The notes: generated by a model from the sequence alone, not told the origin. A stretch of 64,000 nt of DNA from an uncultured Gemmatimonadales bacterium (GCA_963701965.1 OY969695.1:832001-896000), one strand, 5' to 3'. Numbered from the stretch's first letter, positions 20,282-30,325 are shown. Numbers and translations: made by a program.

Positions 20282-20395
20282 GGCCGGTAATCTACGCGCC
20301 GTCTCGACCGGGCAAACCCTTTCCGGCCCGCTCCGCATTGCGGGGGGAGCCGACGGGGCACAGATTCGCCGCAACTTCCGGGAGACAACCTGACA

Positions 20396-21352
20396 TTGAT
20401 CGGTGCGGCGACACGGTGGGCCACCGTCGGCTGGCTGGCGCTACCCGGCGCGCTCGCGGCCCAGGTCGCGCGGCCGCTCGCGACATTGCCCGTCGCAGCA
20501 CGCGTGTCACTCCCCGCGTCGCCGGACTGGATGACGATAGGGTTGGGCGCCGTGTGGGTCGTGAACTACAAACCCGATCGTCTGTCGCGGCTCGACCCCG
20601 CGACCGGTCGGGTCGTGGCCGACATTCCCATTGGGCGCAAGGCATGCCTTGGCATCGTGACGGCGCTCGGCCACGTCTGGGTGCCCACGTGCGAGGACGG
20701 CACCTTGCACGAGATCGATCCCGCGACCAATCGCGTCGTGCGGCGGATCGCCGTGCCGATCGCGGGCGGTCGCGAGGGCGCATTCGCGTTCGCCAATGGG
20801 AGCTTCTGGATCGGCGCCAACGTGCCCGACTCAATGTCGTCCGTCATCGTACGCATCGATCCGCGCTCCGGCACGATCCAGCGGCGCATACCGGTGAGCG
20901 CGCGATCCGACGTCGTCGTCGCCGGCTTCGGCGCGGTCTGGGTGGCGAGCACCGCGACCGATTCCGTGCTACGGATCGACCCGCAGCACAATGCAGTGGT
21001 CGCCCGCATCGGCGTCGGTCCCTCGCCCAAGTTCATGACTGTCGGCTCGGGATCCCTCTGGGTGCAAAACCAAAAAGACGGGTCGGTTTCCCGGGTCAGT
21101 CCCACGACCAACCACGAAATCGTTCGGATCGCAGCCCACGCACCGACCGCATGGGGCGACATCGCCGCCGGCCAGGGCGCGATCTGGTTGAGCGTCGACA
21201 GCACGCCAATCACCCGCATCGACCCCACCACCAATCGCGTCACCTACCAGTACGTCGGCGGCAGCGGCGCGGACGCGATCCGTGTGGGATTCGGCGCGGT
21301 GTGGGTCGCCGACCACGCACACGGCGAGGTGTGGCGCGTCGATTTCAAATAG
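20396..21352 (+). CDS. Secreted beta-propeller protein (YncE/Vgb-like)
   Basis: Signal peptide plus repeated G-AVWV...RIDP.TN.V blades. Confidence 0.8.
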   Translation: MIGAATRWATVGWLALPGALAAQVARPLATLPVAARVSLPASPDWMTIGLGAVWVVNYKPDRLSRLDPATGRVVADIPIGRKACLGIVTALGHVWVPTCEDGTLHEIDPATNRVVRRIAVPIAGGREGAFAFANGSFWIGANVPDSMSSVIVRIDPRSGTIQRRIPVSARSDVVVAGFGAVWVASTATDSVLRIDPQHNAVVARIGVGPSPKFMTVGSGSLWVQNQKDGSVSRVSPTTNHEIVRIAAHAPTAWGDIAAGQGAIWLSVDSTPITRIDPTTNRVTYQYVGGSGADAIRVGFGAVWVADHAHGEVWRVDFK

Positions 21353-21392
21353 CGCGAACGAACACGAGCATGTCGGACGGTACGCCAGGGGC

Positions 21393-21421
21393 TTGCATAG
21401 GTACGCGTTGGTACCTATACT
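21393..21421 (+). promoter_or_regulatory. Sigma70 promoter with TetR-type operator
   Basis: TTGCAT-N17-TATACT; palindrome ATAGGTAC-N6-GTACCTAT (21397-21418). Confidence 0.8.
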
Positions 21422-21427
21422 AGTCTC

Positions 21428-22159
21428 ATGCGTACCGTTCTGGGTATGCGCCAGCGAGGCGCCGAGATCTTGGACGAGAAAGGAACCGATCCGCGGATTA
21501 TCCTGAGAGCGATGAGCAATGTCATGCTCTCCAACCGCCTCTTCGGCGGCGCCGCCGCCGTGGTCGCCGAGCTCCATACCGTCGCCCCGACGCTCCCGGC
21601 GCGCGCCACGCTGCTCGACGTCGGAACCGGGATGGGCGACATCCCCGCGGTCGCCCGCCGGATCGCGGCGCACCACGGCGTGACACTCCAGACGATCGGG
21701 CTCGATGCGGACGAGACGCTGGCGCGCGAGGCCGCGCGCCGGAAGTCGCACGCAGTCTGCGGCGACGCGCTGAGACTACCCTTCGCCACCAAGAGCGTCA
21801 ATGTGGTCATCTGCTCCCAGGTACTCCACCACTTTTTCGACGACAATGTGCCGCGCCTCCTCCGCGAGCTCGACCGCGTGGCGCGATTCCGGGTGATCAT
21901 CAGTGATCTGCGCCGGAGTCGTATGGCGGCGACGCTCTTCTGGGCCGCGGCCACGGCCCTGCGGTTTCATCCCGTGAGCCGCCACGACGGACTCGTCTCG
22001 ATCGGACGGGGATTTACGACCGACGATCTCCGGACGTCGCTCGCGGTCGCGATCGGCCATCGCGGTCGCGTACGATCACGCCCGGGTTGGCGCCTGACGG
22101 CGACATGGACGCCGATGCCGAACTGGAACGCGGCGGCATCGCGCGCAACGGCCGCGTGA
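21428..22159 (+). CDS. SAM-dependent methyltransferase
   Basis: LLDVGTGMGDI, GDALRLPF, SQVLHHF, ISDLRRS, HDGLVSI.RGFT. Confidence 0.88.
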   Translation: MRTVLGMRQRGAEILDEKGTDPRIILRAMSNVMLSNRLFGGAAAVVAELHTVAPTLPARATLLDVGTGMGDIPAVARRIAAHHGVTLQTIGLDADETLAREAARRKSHAVCGDALRLPFATKSVNVVICSQVLHHFFDDNVPRLLRELDRVARFRVIISDLRRSRMAATLFWAAATALRFHPVSRHDGLVSIGRGFTTDDLRTSLAVAIGHRGRVRSRPGWRLTATWTPMPNWNAAASRATAA

Positions 22160-22749
22160 CGCTCACCGACCCTCGCGATTTTCGGGCGCGCCAGCGCGAG
22201 ATTCGCGAGGAGGCGATCTTGAGCGCCACCGCCGAGTTGATCGGCGAGGTCGGATACGAGGCCATGAGCACCGACGACGTCGCGGCCCGCGTCGGCATCT
22301 CCAAACGCACCCTGTACGATCACTTCCCTTCCAAGGAATTGCTCGTCGTGCACGTAGTCACGAGCGGCATGGAAGCGGTCGAACGCGCCTTCAATGCCGT
22401 CGACCCCTCGCTCTCCGCGATCGACCGTCTGACCGAAGCGCTTCGGATCGCCGTGCGGCACCGCCTCACGCGCTGGGGCTGGGGCACGCCCCTGCCGCGA
22501 ACGACGTTGGAGCGCCACGAGGACTACGTGCTCATCCGCCGACGGGCCAGCGCCCGACTCGCGGCATGGATCGACGAGGGCAAGCGCCAAGGCAGCATCG
22601 ACGCCGGCCTGCCGACCACGTTACTCGTCCGACTCATCATGCACTGGTTCTCGGTCGACCTCTCCGGGATCGTGCAGACGAGCGGGCTACCCGAAGCCGA
22701 CGTGCCGGACGCTATTGTGCAGGTCGTGCTCGCGGGGGTGCGTGCCTGA
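22156..22749 (+). CDS. TetR/AcrR family regulator
   Basis: GYEAMSTDDVAARVGISKRTLYDHFPSKE; GTGA overlap with upstream gene. Confidence 0.93.
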   Translation: MTLTDPRDFRARQREIREEAILSATAELIGEVGYEAMSTDDVAARVGISKRTLYDHFPSKELLVVHVVTSGMEAVERAFNAVDPSLSAIDRLTEALRIAVRHRLTRWGWGTPLPRTTLERHEDYVLIRRRASARLAAWIDEGKRQGSIDAGLPTTLLVRLIMHWFSVDLSGIVQTSGLPEADVPDAIVQVVLAGVRA

Positions 22750-23132
22750 CGACGAGAGTTCCGAACTCAAGAAAGTAATGTTGTCCGCTCGAGAACCTGA
22801 CGCGACTCTCTGTAGACTTCACATCATGAAGCAGCTCCCCTACGGCCTTGCCGACTTGATCTTCGCGGAGCGCATCGAGCTGGCCCAGGACCTTACCCCG
22901 GGAGAACCAGAGGGAAGGGTGGGGCATCGCTCCCCACCCAGTGCGCGAGAGGGGATGAGAATGCCGAGCACGTGACTTCTACGTATTTCCCGCACATGTA
23001 GTTAACGGAGCTTGCAATTTGGCAAGATGATGAGCCTCGGGGCGCGTACTGCTTATGCCTAGCGCTCTCAACCAATGATGTCCATATTGGCGCAATATCA
23101 CCTGCAGTCGAATCACTTGTCCCGAGGTTCAG

Positions 23133-23599
23133 ATGGAAGCAGGCGAGGAGTCGACGAGGGGGCCAAAGTACCCATTCAATGTCAGTCTCAGCCCTGTCTG
23201 GGACACGAGTCAAGAGCGCGCGTACATGGAGAATCTGCTTAACCAGCGCGTTGGTTTCTTCCTTGTGTTCTTTGCCCTCGTTGTCGCGGGGGCCGTCAAC
23301 GCAAAGACGCGGGAGCTGCAACTGGCGATTCTAGCAAGCGGCCTTCTAATCGCCGCTCTCCTCTATCTTCCCATCTGTAGAGCGAGTGCCAAGGTAGATC
23401 TTCTCGTCAAAGCGCTACTCGCTTGCAGGAGCCACCCCGCAAAGCTTGCTGACGATCAGGCGAACGAGCTGGAAGGTATCGGGAGATTCTCTAGGGTAAC
23501 CTGGTCAGCGTTGTCCCCGGGACATGTGTAGTTCTCCTGGTTATCGCACTGATCGTCGCGTTGTGCACCCACGCGTTCGATCCACCCACGCCTAAGTAG
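23133..23599 (+). CDS. Small 3-TM membrane protein (frameshift ~23500)
   Basis: ENLLNQRVGFFLVFFALVVAGA TM1, TM2; third TM (VVPGTCVVLLVIALIVAL) in a shifted frame ending at TAG 23599. Confidence 0.6.
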
Positions 23600-23753
23600 C
23601 GCGCGTCCACTCTCCGCCCGCTCAACGGGGTACTGAGTCGTGAGACGCGCACTAAGCCGAGAGAGCCTGTGTCCACAGCGCGGGGTGCCTCATGCATCGG
23701 CACTGGCCAGGGTAGCCACATAGCCGTTCCCTTACATTAACCAAACGTGAGGT

Positions 23754-24626
23754 ATGTCTAACAACAATGCAGCAAGCCGGCTCGTGTGGTTAATGAAACG
23801 AGCACACGAGGTCGAAGGCGGCAGGGTTTCCTCGCCAGCCGGTGACGTCTGGCCCGTGGTATTCGATACCGGCGACGGAATGCCGATCGCCGGCGACCCA
23901 GAGGTGGCGCGCTTGCTGACGTTGGCTTCACAGCAAGTCGACATGGTTCAGAGAGCGTTACATGCCCGACACCTTGAGGAGGCAACCTACGCCAAATACC
24001 TCACTGCGATACGGCACGCGTTGTCGCTAAGGCATCTCCAAGCAACATGGCAGCAAGTCGCCATGGCGCCTTTCAGCGAACCGGTAATCGCCAGCATGGA
24101 AATGGCCGCCGGGTTGCTGGATGAAACAGAGCCCGCCATAACGATCGAACAAATGTCCGATGTGCGGAAGATCGTCGCTGAATTTCGTGAAGCAGTCGGT
24201 GTGTCGGCCGCCGATGTGCCTCCCGTCGTCGTTGGTTTCCTACTTCGCCAAGCCGCGCTGATCGAAGGCGCGCTTCGCGCATACCCGATTGTTGGCGCTA
24301 AGGCTTTTCGCGACGCCTCCGATGCCGCAATAGTAGACGTGGTTGAACATGCGCAGGACGTGCGAGAGTACATAGACGCCACACCTGTCGTATTGTGGGC
24401 GCGCCTGTGGCCCCGAGTTGCCAAAGTATGCCGCGGCATTGCGGTCATAAGCATCGGTGTGGGGGCGGCCTGCAAGGATGTGACGGCGGCGATCAACTTG
24501 CTTGACGGCTATCACGCGCTTCCCCCGGCGGCCATGAAAGTGCTAGCGCCTTTTGTTGATACCAACGGCGGTGAGCATCCCGCGATTCCTCGACTATCTC
24601 CTGCTGCGGACGAAATCGCGGACTAA
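23754..24626 (+). CDS. Hypothetical protein (290 aa)
   Basis: Long ORF in island, GAGG before ATG, helical composition. Confidence 0.7.
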   Translation: MSNNNAASRLVWLMKRAHEVEGGRVSSPAGDVWPVVFDTGDGMPIAGDPEVARLLTLASQQVDMVQRALHARHLEEATYAKYLTAIRHALSLRHLQATWQQVAMAPFSEPVIASMEMAAGLLDETEPAITIEQMSDVRKIVAEFREAVGVSAADVPPVVVGFLLRQAALIEGALRAYPIVGAKAFRDASDAAIVDVVEHAQDVREYIDATPVVLWARLWPRVAKVCRGIAVISIGVGAACKDVTAAINLLDGYHALPPAAMKVLAPFVDTNGGEHPAIPRLSPAADEIAD

Positions 24627-24702
24627 TCGAGAGTCGCCAAGCTCTCGGCGAAGGGAGCGCCGACTTGTTTGTCAGCACAGTGCCTCACCCCTCTGGCAAG
24701 CC

Positions 24703-25401
24703 ATGACCACCGACCTTGTTGCCAATGTAATCCAATTGGGTGCCCCGCTAGTCGCCGTCGGACTGACGACAATGTTCAACGTGTGGGTGTGGCGTGGGCA
24801 GAGTCGGGAAGAATGGGCTGCGCGTCGCCGGGATCAATCAGACGAATGGGACCAACGGCGACGCGAACAGCGAGCTAGGGACGAGCGGCACGATCAGCAG
24901 AGCGACGAGGCAGATCGGAAGCGCCGAGTCATCATCGCGACAGCCCTGCTCACGGAGCTTCGTTGGACTGAACGCGCTGTTCGCCAGCTCGCAGTGAATG
25001 AACAGGCTGGAAACACGTCCGGCAGAGTCCTAATGCCGGTGTACGATAAATTCGCGTTAGAGCTGCCACTGTTTGACGGCCCCGTGGTGCGTCGCCTTGT
25101 CGAACTCCATGAACTCGTCTTGCAACTAAACGCTACTCTCGGTCTTCGCGGATCGGGCAATGTGGTACAGAATCTTGGGCGATTTCATCACTGGGTGCGC
25201 GTACAAGCGGCCTTTGTCGCTCGCGCAATTCCGGCACTTCGACGCGACTTGGAGGCGGCCGGTGGCTTGCCTCTCGAAGACCCACCGGACATCACGATAT
25301 TTCCGCGAGAGCCCACAATGCCATCCCGCGCTTGGCCCCAAGACGATGCGGCGCCGATCTCGCCGGCAGTGTTCGTCCCCGGTCAGATATTCTCGCCTTA
25401 G
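24703..25401 (+). CDS. Hypothetical protein with N-terminal TM helix and charged coiled coil
   Basis: LGAPLVAVGLTTMFNVWVW, R/E/Q-rich stretch, then ATALLTEL. Confidence 0.65.
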   Translation: MTTDLVANVIQLGAPLVAVGLTTMFNVWVWRGQSREEWAARRRDQSDEWDQRRREQRARDERHDQQSDEADRKRRVIIATALLTELRWTERAVRQLAVNEQAGNTSGRVLMPVYDKFALELPLFDGPVVRRLVELHELVLQLNATLGLRGSGNVVQNLGRFHHWVRVQAAFVARAIPALRRDLEAAGGLPLEDPPDITIFPREPTMPSRAWPQDDAAPISPAVFVPGQIFSP

Positions 25402-25516
25402 AGTCTTGGGCGGATAGCGGGCCAACGGAGCATTCGGTACCGGGCCAAGGCAATGTCAAGAGTGGACGTCCAGCTGGCATACGTCGGTGCGCGCCCGCTA
25501 ATCCATCACACACCGA

Positions 25517-26446
25517 ATGCCTCGTCACATCTCCATCGCAGATGCCAACGTCTATCGTGGCTTGAGCCGAGAACGCACGCTAGCGCTCCGTGAGCGCGAA
25601 CGCCAGCAAGGTGTCATGCCTGTAGCGCACTTCGCGACTATTTTCGAGCTGCTGTCCCGACTAGCTGATCCCCCCGATAGTCGTGCGTATGGTCAATGCC
25701 GCCGGGGGCTGGCGGTAATGTGGGAGCACTGCCGCCTGTGGAGTTTCGGCGACTATATGCCCCAGGAGGACAGCAACACTATTCTCGCGGGTCTGCTGTT
25801 TGGCCGGATGCCGCCGAACGTGGAGCGATTCCTAGAGGCGCATACCGCCCTGATTAAACGTGTCGCTTCGGCTGCTAGGGATGACCCTCTCGCTGACATC
25901 GCCAATTCGATCGCTGTTGCCAGAAAACATGTCGATGCGGAGGAACGGAGGTTCGTTACACACTTCAAGACAACAGCCGAGCCCATTCTGCGGAGTGCTG
26001 AGGCCCGCAACCGTAGCGGAGAGGACATAGCCAGATTGCGTAATCAGGTTGAGGAATTCCTCAGTGGAGACACGGCGATCAACGAGCTTGCGCGGGCGCA
26101 GGTACTAGAGACGGCCCGGACGCTCGACATCATCCTCACGGAGGCCGAAATCGAGGATCGGACGGATGCCCTGAGCGCAGCCTGCAAGACATCACTAGAA
26201 CTTATAAAGGAGATAGGGCGTAAAGTTATTCTGACCGAAATCAAGATCGAGAAGCCGGAACGCCGCAATTGGGTCTGGGACTATGACGTCGCATTCAGCA
26301 TCAACAAGGCCGACCTGGTCGACGCTGGGGCCGCGGTGCTGGTCACTGGCGATCGGGATATCCACCTCGCCGCCGAGCGGGCAGGTGAGGCGAATCGCGT
26401 GATGACCCTCGATCAATACGAACGCTGGCTCAATCAGACAGACTGA
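25517..26446 (+). CDS. Putative PIN-domain nuclease with large helical insertion
   Basis: IADANVY (D), TIFELL (E), NWVWDYDV (D), VLVTGDRDI (TxD). Confidence 0.7.
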   Translation: MPRHISIADANVYRGLSRERTLALRERERQQGVMPVAHFATIFELLSRLADPPDSRAYGQCRRGLAVMWEHCRLWSFGDYMPQEDSNTILAGLLFGRMPPNVERFLEAHTALIKRVASAARDDPLADIANSIAVARKHVDAEERRFVTHFKTTAEPILRSAEARNRSGEDIARLRNQVEEFLSGDTAINELARAQVLETARTLDIILTEAEIEDRTDALSAACKTSLELIKEIGRKVILTEIKIEKPERRNWVWDYDVAFSINKADLVDAGAAVLVTGDRDIHLAAERAGEANRVMTLDQYERWLNQTD

Positions 26447-26473
26447 TCAATGTTCGCCCTCCCCCCGCGACTA

Positions 26474-26926
26474 CTATCTCCAGCCGTTGACGAAGCTAGA
26501 CCGTCGGCCCTGAGCAACAGGCCATTGCGGCTTGGGGGCTCCAGGAATTGCCGCGCTATATCTGCACCCTGAGACGCAGACTAGAAAGCCGTTGTTCCTG
26601 TCGGTCATGCGCATTTCGAGATGGCCGGCCCCATCTAGGCACTTGGGACAAAACGGACCATCCTTTCTGCTCTCGCCCTCAATGACCCAATACGCGCCGT
26701 CAACGAACGTCATGGCACGGCGTCTCTGCAGTCGTCCTAATTCGTTGTCCAACTCGCGCAGTCGAAGAGAAAGAGTGTCGTTTTCTCGCGCGAGACGAGC
26801 CTTTTCGGCGATGTCGCTCTGCTGGATATCCTGAAGTGCCAAGATTTCGCGATAGAGGTCGATTTTGCCGGCCTTCGTCAGAATGCCACCAAGTTCCTTG
26901 AGCGATTCGATGCTGAGAATCGACAT
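26474..26926 (-). CDS. Coiled-coil plus Zn-ribbon hypothetical protein
   Basis: Heptad-like LARENDTLSLRLRELDNEL; DGPFCPKC...CVSGC. Confidence 0.7.
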   Translation of the reverse strand: MSILSIESLKELGGILTKAGKIDLYREILALQDIQQSDIAEKARLARENDTLSLRLRELDNELGRLQRRRAMTFVDGAYWVIEGESRKDGPFCPKCLDGAGHLEMRMTDRNNGFLVCVSGCRYSAAIPGAPKPQWPVAQGRRSSFVNGWR

Positions 26927-27013
26927 AGACACGACTCATCACCTCACTACGGGATTGGCTAGCGGTGAAGACGCACCCTACTCTAAGGCTACTTGGGCCA
27001 TAGCGTAAGGCGA

Positions 27014-28411
27014 GGTCAAGTGCAGAATGATGTGTAAATCGCTTCTGGGTTCTCGGGATGATTACGCGGCTGGCATGCTCGTCTCCGCAGCGGGTGGGGT
27101 GGCGACGACACCGACGTAGCGGCGCGTCAGCCACTGCTCGTTGCGCTCCGCCGCCAGCGCACTGGCGAGGCGCAGGAAGCTCGCCTCATTCGGGAAGACG
27201 CGGATCACCCGCGTCCGGCGCCGCACCTCCGCGTGATCGTGCTCGATCGCGTTGGTCGTCGCGAGTCGGCGCCGGGCCTCCCGATCCGGGAGCGTACAGA
27301 CCGCCAGCGTGTCGGGGCCGTCCGTCTCCAGCCAGTCGGCGAGCCGCGCGTGCGCCGGCCGCAGTTCGGTGACGAGCCGCGCCAGGCGGGCGTGCGCTTC
27401 CGCCCCCGTCGCCGCGGTCCACGCGTTCCGCAGGCCATCGCGCACCCGCTCTTGGAGATCAGCGGAGGAGATGCGATCGCGCGCGTTACGCAGGAAGTGC
27501 ACCTGACACCGCTGATGCACGGCCTCGGGGAAGAAGCGCCGGAGCGCCTCGACCAGACCGGCGTGTTCGTCGGAGACGATGTAGCGAACACCGCGGAGGC
27601 CACGCTGGACGAGGTCCTCGCACACGCGCCGCCACGCCGTCCCACTCTCGCTGGCGCCGAGCCAGAGCCCGAGGTGTTCACGATAGCCGTCGGCGCCGAC
27701 GCCGATCACCCACAGCGCGGCCGTGCTCCGCACCTGGCCCTCGCGCCGCACGCGCTCGACGTGCGCGTCCACAATCAGGTACGGGTACGCCTTCGCGCCG
27801 AGCGGCCGCTGGCGCCAGGCCGCCAGCCCGGCCTCCAGCGTCTTCGTGAGCGCCGACACCTCCGACGCCGAGATCGTCGCCCCGCACAGCTGCTCCACCA
27901 CGGCGCTGACCTTCCGGGTCGAGATCCCTTGCAGGTACATCTCGATCAGGGCGAGGACGAGGGCCTGTTCACTGCGTTGGTAGCGCGCGAACAGCGACGG
28001 CTGGAACTGGCCGGCGCGGTCCCGGGGGACGCGGAGCGTGAGGGCGCCAACGCGCGTCAGCAGCGTGCGGCGCCGGTAGCCGTTGCGGACGCCGCGGCGC
28101 TCGGCGGTCCGCGCGAACTTGGCGGCCCCGAGGAACTGGGCGAACTCCCGCTCGAGGGTGTCGTGGATCAACTGGCCGAGCATGGCGCGGAGGGCGTCTT
28201 CCGGGGTGGATTGTGCGAGGGGCAGGACGGTAGCATTCTTGAACGGACTGGTCATCGGCTATCCTCTGGGCATCGCGGCGTTCGCGCGCCGCTGGTTGCG
28301 CTTGACACCCAGAAAGGATGGACGGTGGCCAGTTCGCGTTCGAGTGGCTCCCAATGAGCTCAGCTCAGCCGACCCTCCGTCCCGATTCTACACAAATCTC
28401 TGCACACTCCC
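27014..28411 (-). mobile_element. IS256-family insertion sequence
   Basis: Imperfect terminal IRs GGTCAAGTGCAGAATGATGTGTA / GGGAGTGTGCAGAGATTTGTGTA flanking the transposase. Confidence 0.88.
27062..28255 (-). CDS. IS256-family transposase
   Basis: RNGY, VPRDRAG.F.PSLF, MYLQGISTR, YLIVDA, VSDEHAGL, QRCQVHF, TTNAIE, VFPN. Confidence 0.96.
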   Translation of the reverse strand: MTSPFKNATVLPLAQSTPEDALRAMLGQLIHDTLEREFAQFLGAAKFARTAERRGVRNGYRRRTLLTRVGALTLRVPRDRAGQFQPSLFARYQRSEQALVLALIEMYLQGISTRKVSAVVEQLCGATISASEVSALTKTLEAGLAAWRQRPLGAKAYPYLIVDAHVERVRREGQVRSTAALWVIGVGADGYREHLGLWLGASESGTAWRRVCEDLVQRGLRGVRYIVSDEHAGLVEALRRFFPEAVHQRCQVHFLRNARDRISSADLQERVRDGLRNAWTAATGAEAHARLARLVTELRPAHARLADWLETDGPDTLAVCTLPDREARRRLATTNAIEHDHAEVRRRTRVIRVFPNEASFLRLASALAAERNEQWLTRRYVGVVATPPAAETSMPAA

Positions 28412-28538
28412 TAAAACAAGGGCTTAGCATCTCCGCTTAAGGGTACGTCCAAGTAAGCCCTAGGCCGAAGCGCCAGACGACAGCGACTCGCAGATCAAGG
28501 TTGCCACACTCAGTGCGTACCCTCCATCATTGGCTGTA

Positions 28539-29474
28539 ATGGTAGAAATCTCAACTGCTCTCGCAACGCTCGCCGGCGCTGCCGCTCTAAACTCAAAGGC
28601 GGGCGTCAAACTGATCGAATGCTTGGAGAAGACGGCAAGCTGGTTGTTCGCACCCATTCAGGTGAAGCGAATCAAAAGGGCGGAGACGGTGGCAGGCATC
28701 GAGGCAAGCCGCATGCTTCTCGCCGCGGACTTGGAGGGCGAGCGTCATGACCGTGTCTCGCCAGAGCTTGTGCAGCGCACAATGCTTCGGCTGGTTAGTG
28801 TTGAGGCGCGACGACAGGAGAACATAGAGGCGGTGCTACAAGCGACACTCGCGGGGTTGCCACCCGACGCCGAGGTCAATGATCAACCGCTGGATCCGGA
28901 TTGGATCGCTCAGTTCTTCGCCAGCATTCAGGATGTGTCGCAAGACCAGATGCGTCAGCTATTCGCGCACGTGCTAGCGCGCGAGGTTGGCACGCCGGGC
29001 AGTTTCTCGCGTCGCACTCTCGATGTTCTCAAGAACCTCGACGCTTCCGAAGCCCACAACTTTTCTCACGCATGTTCGATCGCCGTTCATACTGAGAATT
29101 TCGGATTCATAGGTATCCCTCTTGGACAAAATGGTAGACCTGCGCTGGTTGGTCTGAACTTCGCCCAACTTCAGGCCGCTGGCCTGCTCCATGTGGAATC
29201 CGAACGCAACTACCTGTTTTCCGCGGGGAGCGTCTTGCTGTTGGCCAGCGGCGCCCCGCTAACACTGCTACGCGATTCACCGCTACCGAACGAAGGCCCT
29301 GGCTTGTCCTTTATTGGGTTCACCACCGCCGGACATCAAATCGCGCAGGTGATCACCTCGGAAAAAGTGCCTCCCGCAGTGCTCCTCTTCGGAGTAGTCC
29401 GGATTCTGCGCGAATCCCTTCAATTGGACGAGTCGGATTTCCTTGGACGACCGCCGGACGACGAGGTGTCTTGA
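28539..29474 (+). CDS. DUF2806 domain-containing protein
   Basis: RRQENIEAV, DPDWIAQFF...DVS..MRQLFAHVLAREV..PGSFSRRTL. Confidence 0.85.
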   Translation: MVEISTALATLAGAAALNSKAGVKLIECLEKTASWLFAPIQVKRIKRAETVAGIEASRMLLAADLEGERHDRVSPELVQRTMLRLVSVEARRQENIEAVLQATLAGLPPDAEVNDQPLDPDWIAQFFASIQDVSQDQMRQLFAHVLAREVGTPGSFSRRTLDVLKNLDASEAHNFSHACSIAVHTENFGFIGIPLGQNGRPALVGLNFAQLQAAGLLHVESERNYLFSAGSVLLLASGAPLTLLRDSPLPNEGPGLSFIGFTTAGHQIAQVITSEKVPPAVLLFGVVRILRESLQLDESDFLGRPPDDEVS

Positions 29475-29659
29475 TCCACGGTAGTCCTCGATAGTTCAGG
29501 TATCGCATGGTGCTCCACCATCGCTCCACCATCATAGATGTGGACGCGATGGGAGTGGGGACGCACGGGAAGGGGAGGGGGAGAGACTACTTGCCTTTGT
29601 TTGTCCGGGAAATTGAGCAACCCCCACGACCAGTCGCCTTCGTCAAGAGCGCTTCGGTA

Positions 29660-30289
29660 CAACGTTCGTGTGAGTCGGCATTGATATGCCGGTGGCGATC
29701 GGAGCCGAGACCCAGCCAGGCGGGATACGGCATGCCGACCGCGCGCTCTAGTTGCGAGAGCACGCGGTCAAGCCGTGTCACTGAGCGGCCTCCGAACCGT
29801 TCTTGCGCCGCGGACAAGGTAAAATGGGTGGTAGCCCCCGGCGGATCACGAACGCGCGCGTATCTGTCGAGTACCACGACGCCAATGACGCCGCCGTTGG
29901 TCTCAGCCACGCGCGAGCACGCGCTGCGCTATCGGGGCACTCTTTACGGCGGCCAGCCATCACCTTGGGTGTTCCACCACTAGCGCACGGTCGCGCGCTG
30001 TAAGGCTGGCGCGCGCATCGAGTCACTGTACGACGGATTCAAGCGGGTAGCCCTGCGGGCGAGCCTACCGACGATGCTCTACCCTCATGATCTCCGACAC
30101 ACGCGGGTGACAACCTGGCTTGCTGCCGGCCACAATCCGGTGCATGTAAAAGAGGCCGTCGGGCACAGTGATATTCGGACAACAATGGGCTATACTCACC
30201 TAGCAAAAGAGCACCTTCGTGTACTCGCGGGACCAGCGAACCAGCCCGCTTCATTGCAGCTTGTGTCCAGGGACGTATCGGGCGGTTAG
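29660..30289 (+). pseudogene. Tyrosine integrase remnant
   Basis: PHDLRHT, VGHSDIRTTMGYTH; in-frame TAG at 29981-29983 after SPWVFHH; N-terminus missing. Confidence 0.85.
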
Positions 30290-30325
30290 TTTGTAGGGCA
30301 GCATCTGAAAGACTGGCAACACCTT

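Larger units (their letters stand above)
22750..30325. mobile_element. Decayed genomic island upstream of tRNA-Ser(GCT)
   Basis: Visibly lower GC, orphan ORFs, IS256, integrase pseudogene ending 36 bp before the tRNA; left boundary approximate, no att repeat found. Confidence 0.7.

Noticed and set aside
22712..22975. Short ORFs on both strands at the island's left edge
   Set aside because: Under 90 aa, no RBS or motif; possibly a gene remnant but unsupported
22750..29500. Integron cassette array
   Set aside because: No attC-like RYYYAAC...GTTRRRY structures seen between the ORFs; the integrase remnant is not recognisably IntI
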